DNA of 64,000 bases from Bigelowiella natans CCMP2755 (Eukaryota; Protista; Cercozoa). The first letter of the stretch is position 1. The number at the start of each line of letters is the position of its first letter. Where the stretch lies: the NCBI GenBank assembly GCA_000320545.1, contig ADNK01000149.1, positions 1 to 64,000 of the forward strand, written 5' to 3'. Shown here piece after piece: positions 63,710-64,000 of the stretch. A program made the position numbers and the translations under genes. A model generated the notes under the pieces. It saw nothing but the letters and a program-made list of their open reading frames with translations. It ran no database searches and had not been told where the DNA came from.

Positions 63710-64000
63710 TTTAGTAAACAAAGGGCCATAAATCAAAGAGTTCATGTGATGAATGTGGAGAATGTCATAGCATTAGTAGTAGTAATAGTAGTAGTAGTAG
63801 TAGTAGTAGTCGTTGGTACCTGGGGGAAGGGGGTCAAGAGACAGTGGTGAGAATAAATTGAAGAAGCTCTGCCCGACGGTTAAATCCCTGCGCCGTGTCA
63901 AAGGTAAGGTTTGGATGTTTGGTTAACCCAATGCAATTATATGAAAGCTCCCGACCCAAAAATGGGTAAAGATACTGCAATCGCAGGGTGTAAAATGTAA
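63185..64000 (-). CDS. 3' part of a gene extending beyond the window
   Basis: Short spliceable exons (RDLTVGQSFFNLF, GTELTAQEIETRQ, RDIPAVKERSNQLLR, MMFAGLRCFF, VIEREIQFDLDVGF) separated by microsatellite introns. Confidence 0.35.

Noticed and set aside
645-63745. Most short six-frame ORFs made of HT, CV, RE, YI or poly-X runs
   Set aside because: These are translations of microsatellites or antisense shadows of real exons.
1-64000. tRNA, rRNA, CRISPR arrays or telomeric repeats
   Set aside because: None seen; the tandem repeats are simple microsatellites without spacers.

Overview
Eukaryotic, intron-rich protist nuclear DNA. Nearly every intron is filled with microsatellites. A plastid-type oxidoreductase with a signal plus transit-like presequence suggests an alga with a secondary plastid, possibly chlorarachniophyte-like (inference). 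About 11-12 multi-exon genes were pieced together by eye from exon translations: a large Gly/Cys-rich membrane protein (~640-14300, +), a dual-specificity phosphatase (-), a hypothetical signal-anchored protein (-), a ZDS/amine-oxidase-like FAD oxidoreductase (+), a MAPEG protein (-), an acidic-tailed unknown (-), an RWDD2-like protein (+), an ABHD1/3-YheT alpha/beta hydrolase (-), an LtrA-family membrane protein (+) and two further unknowns (-). The standout is a complete, very young Ty3/Gypsy-order LTR retrotransposon (29207-34922) with identical 326-bp LTRs, a 4-bp TSD (AGCA) and one 1657-aa Gag-PR-RT-RH-IN ORF. Its integrase is unusually compact (DD27E). The ORF ends not in a chromodomain but in a ~130-aa tail resembling a degenerate DIRS/phage-Dam-like N6-adenine methyltransferase fold. 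The element is inserted at the foot of a 21-bp perfect palindrome inside one of several TGCA/CATG/CTAG-rich intergenic tracts; three of these tracts carry exact copies of an ATGTCTAGAT motif. Exon boundaries and gene ends are approximate, and no database searches were run.
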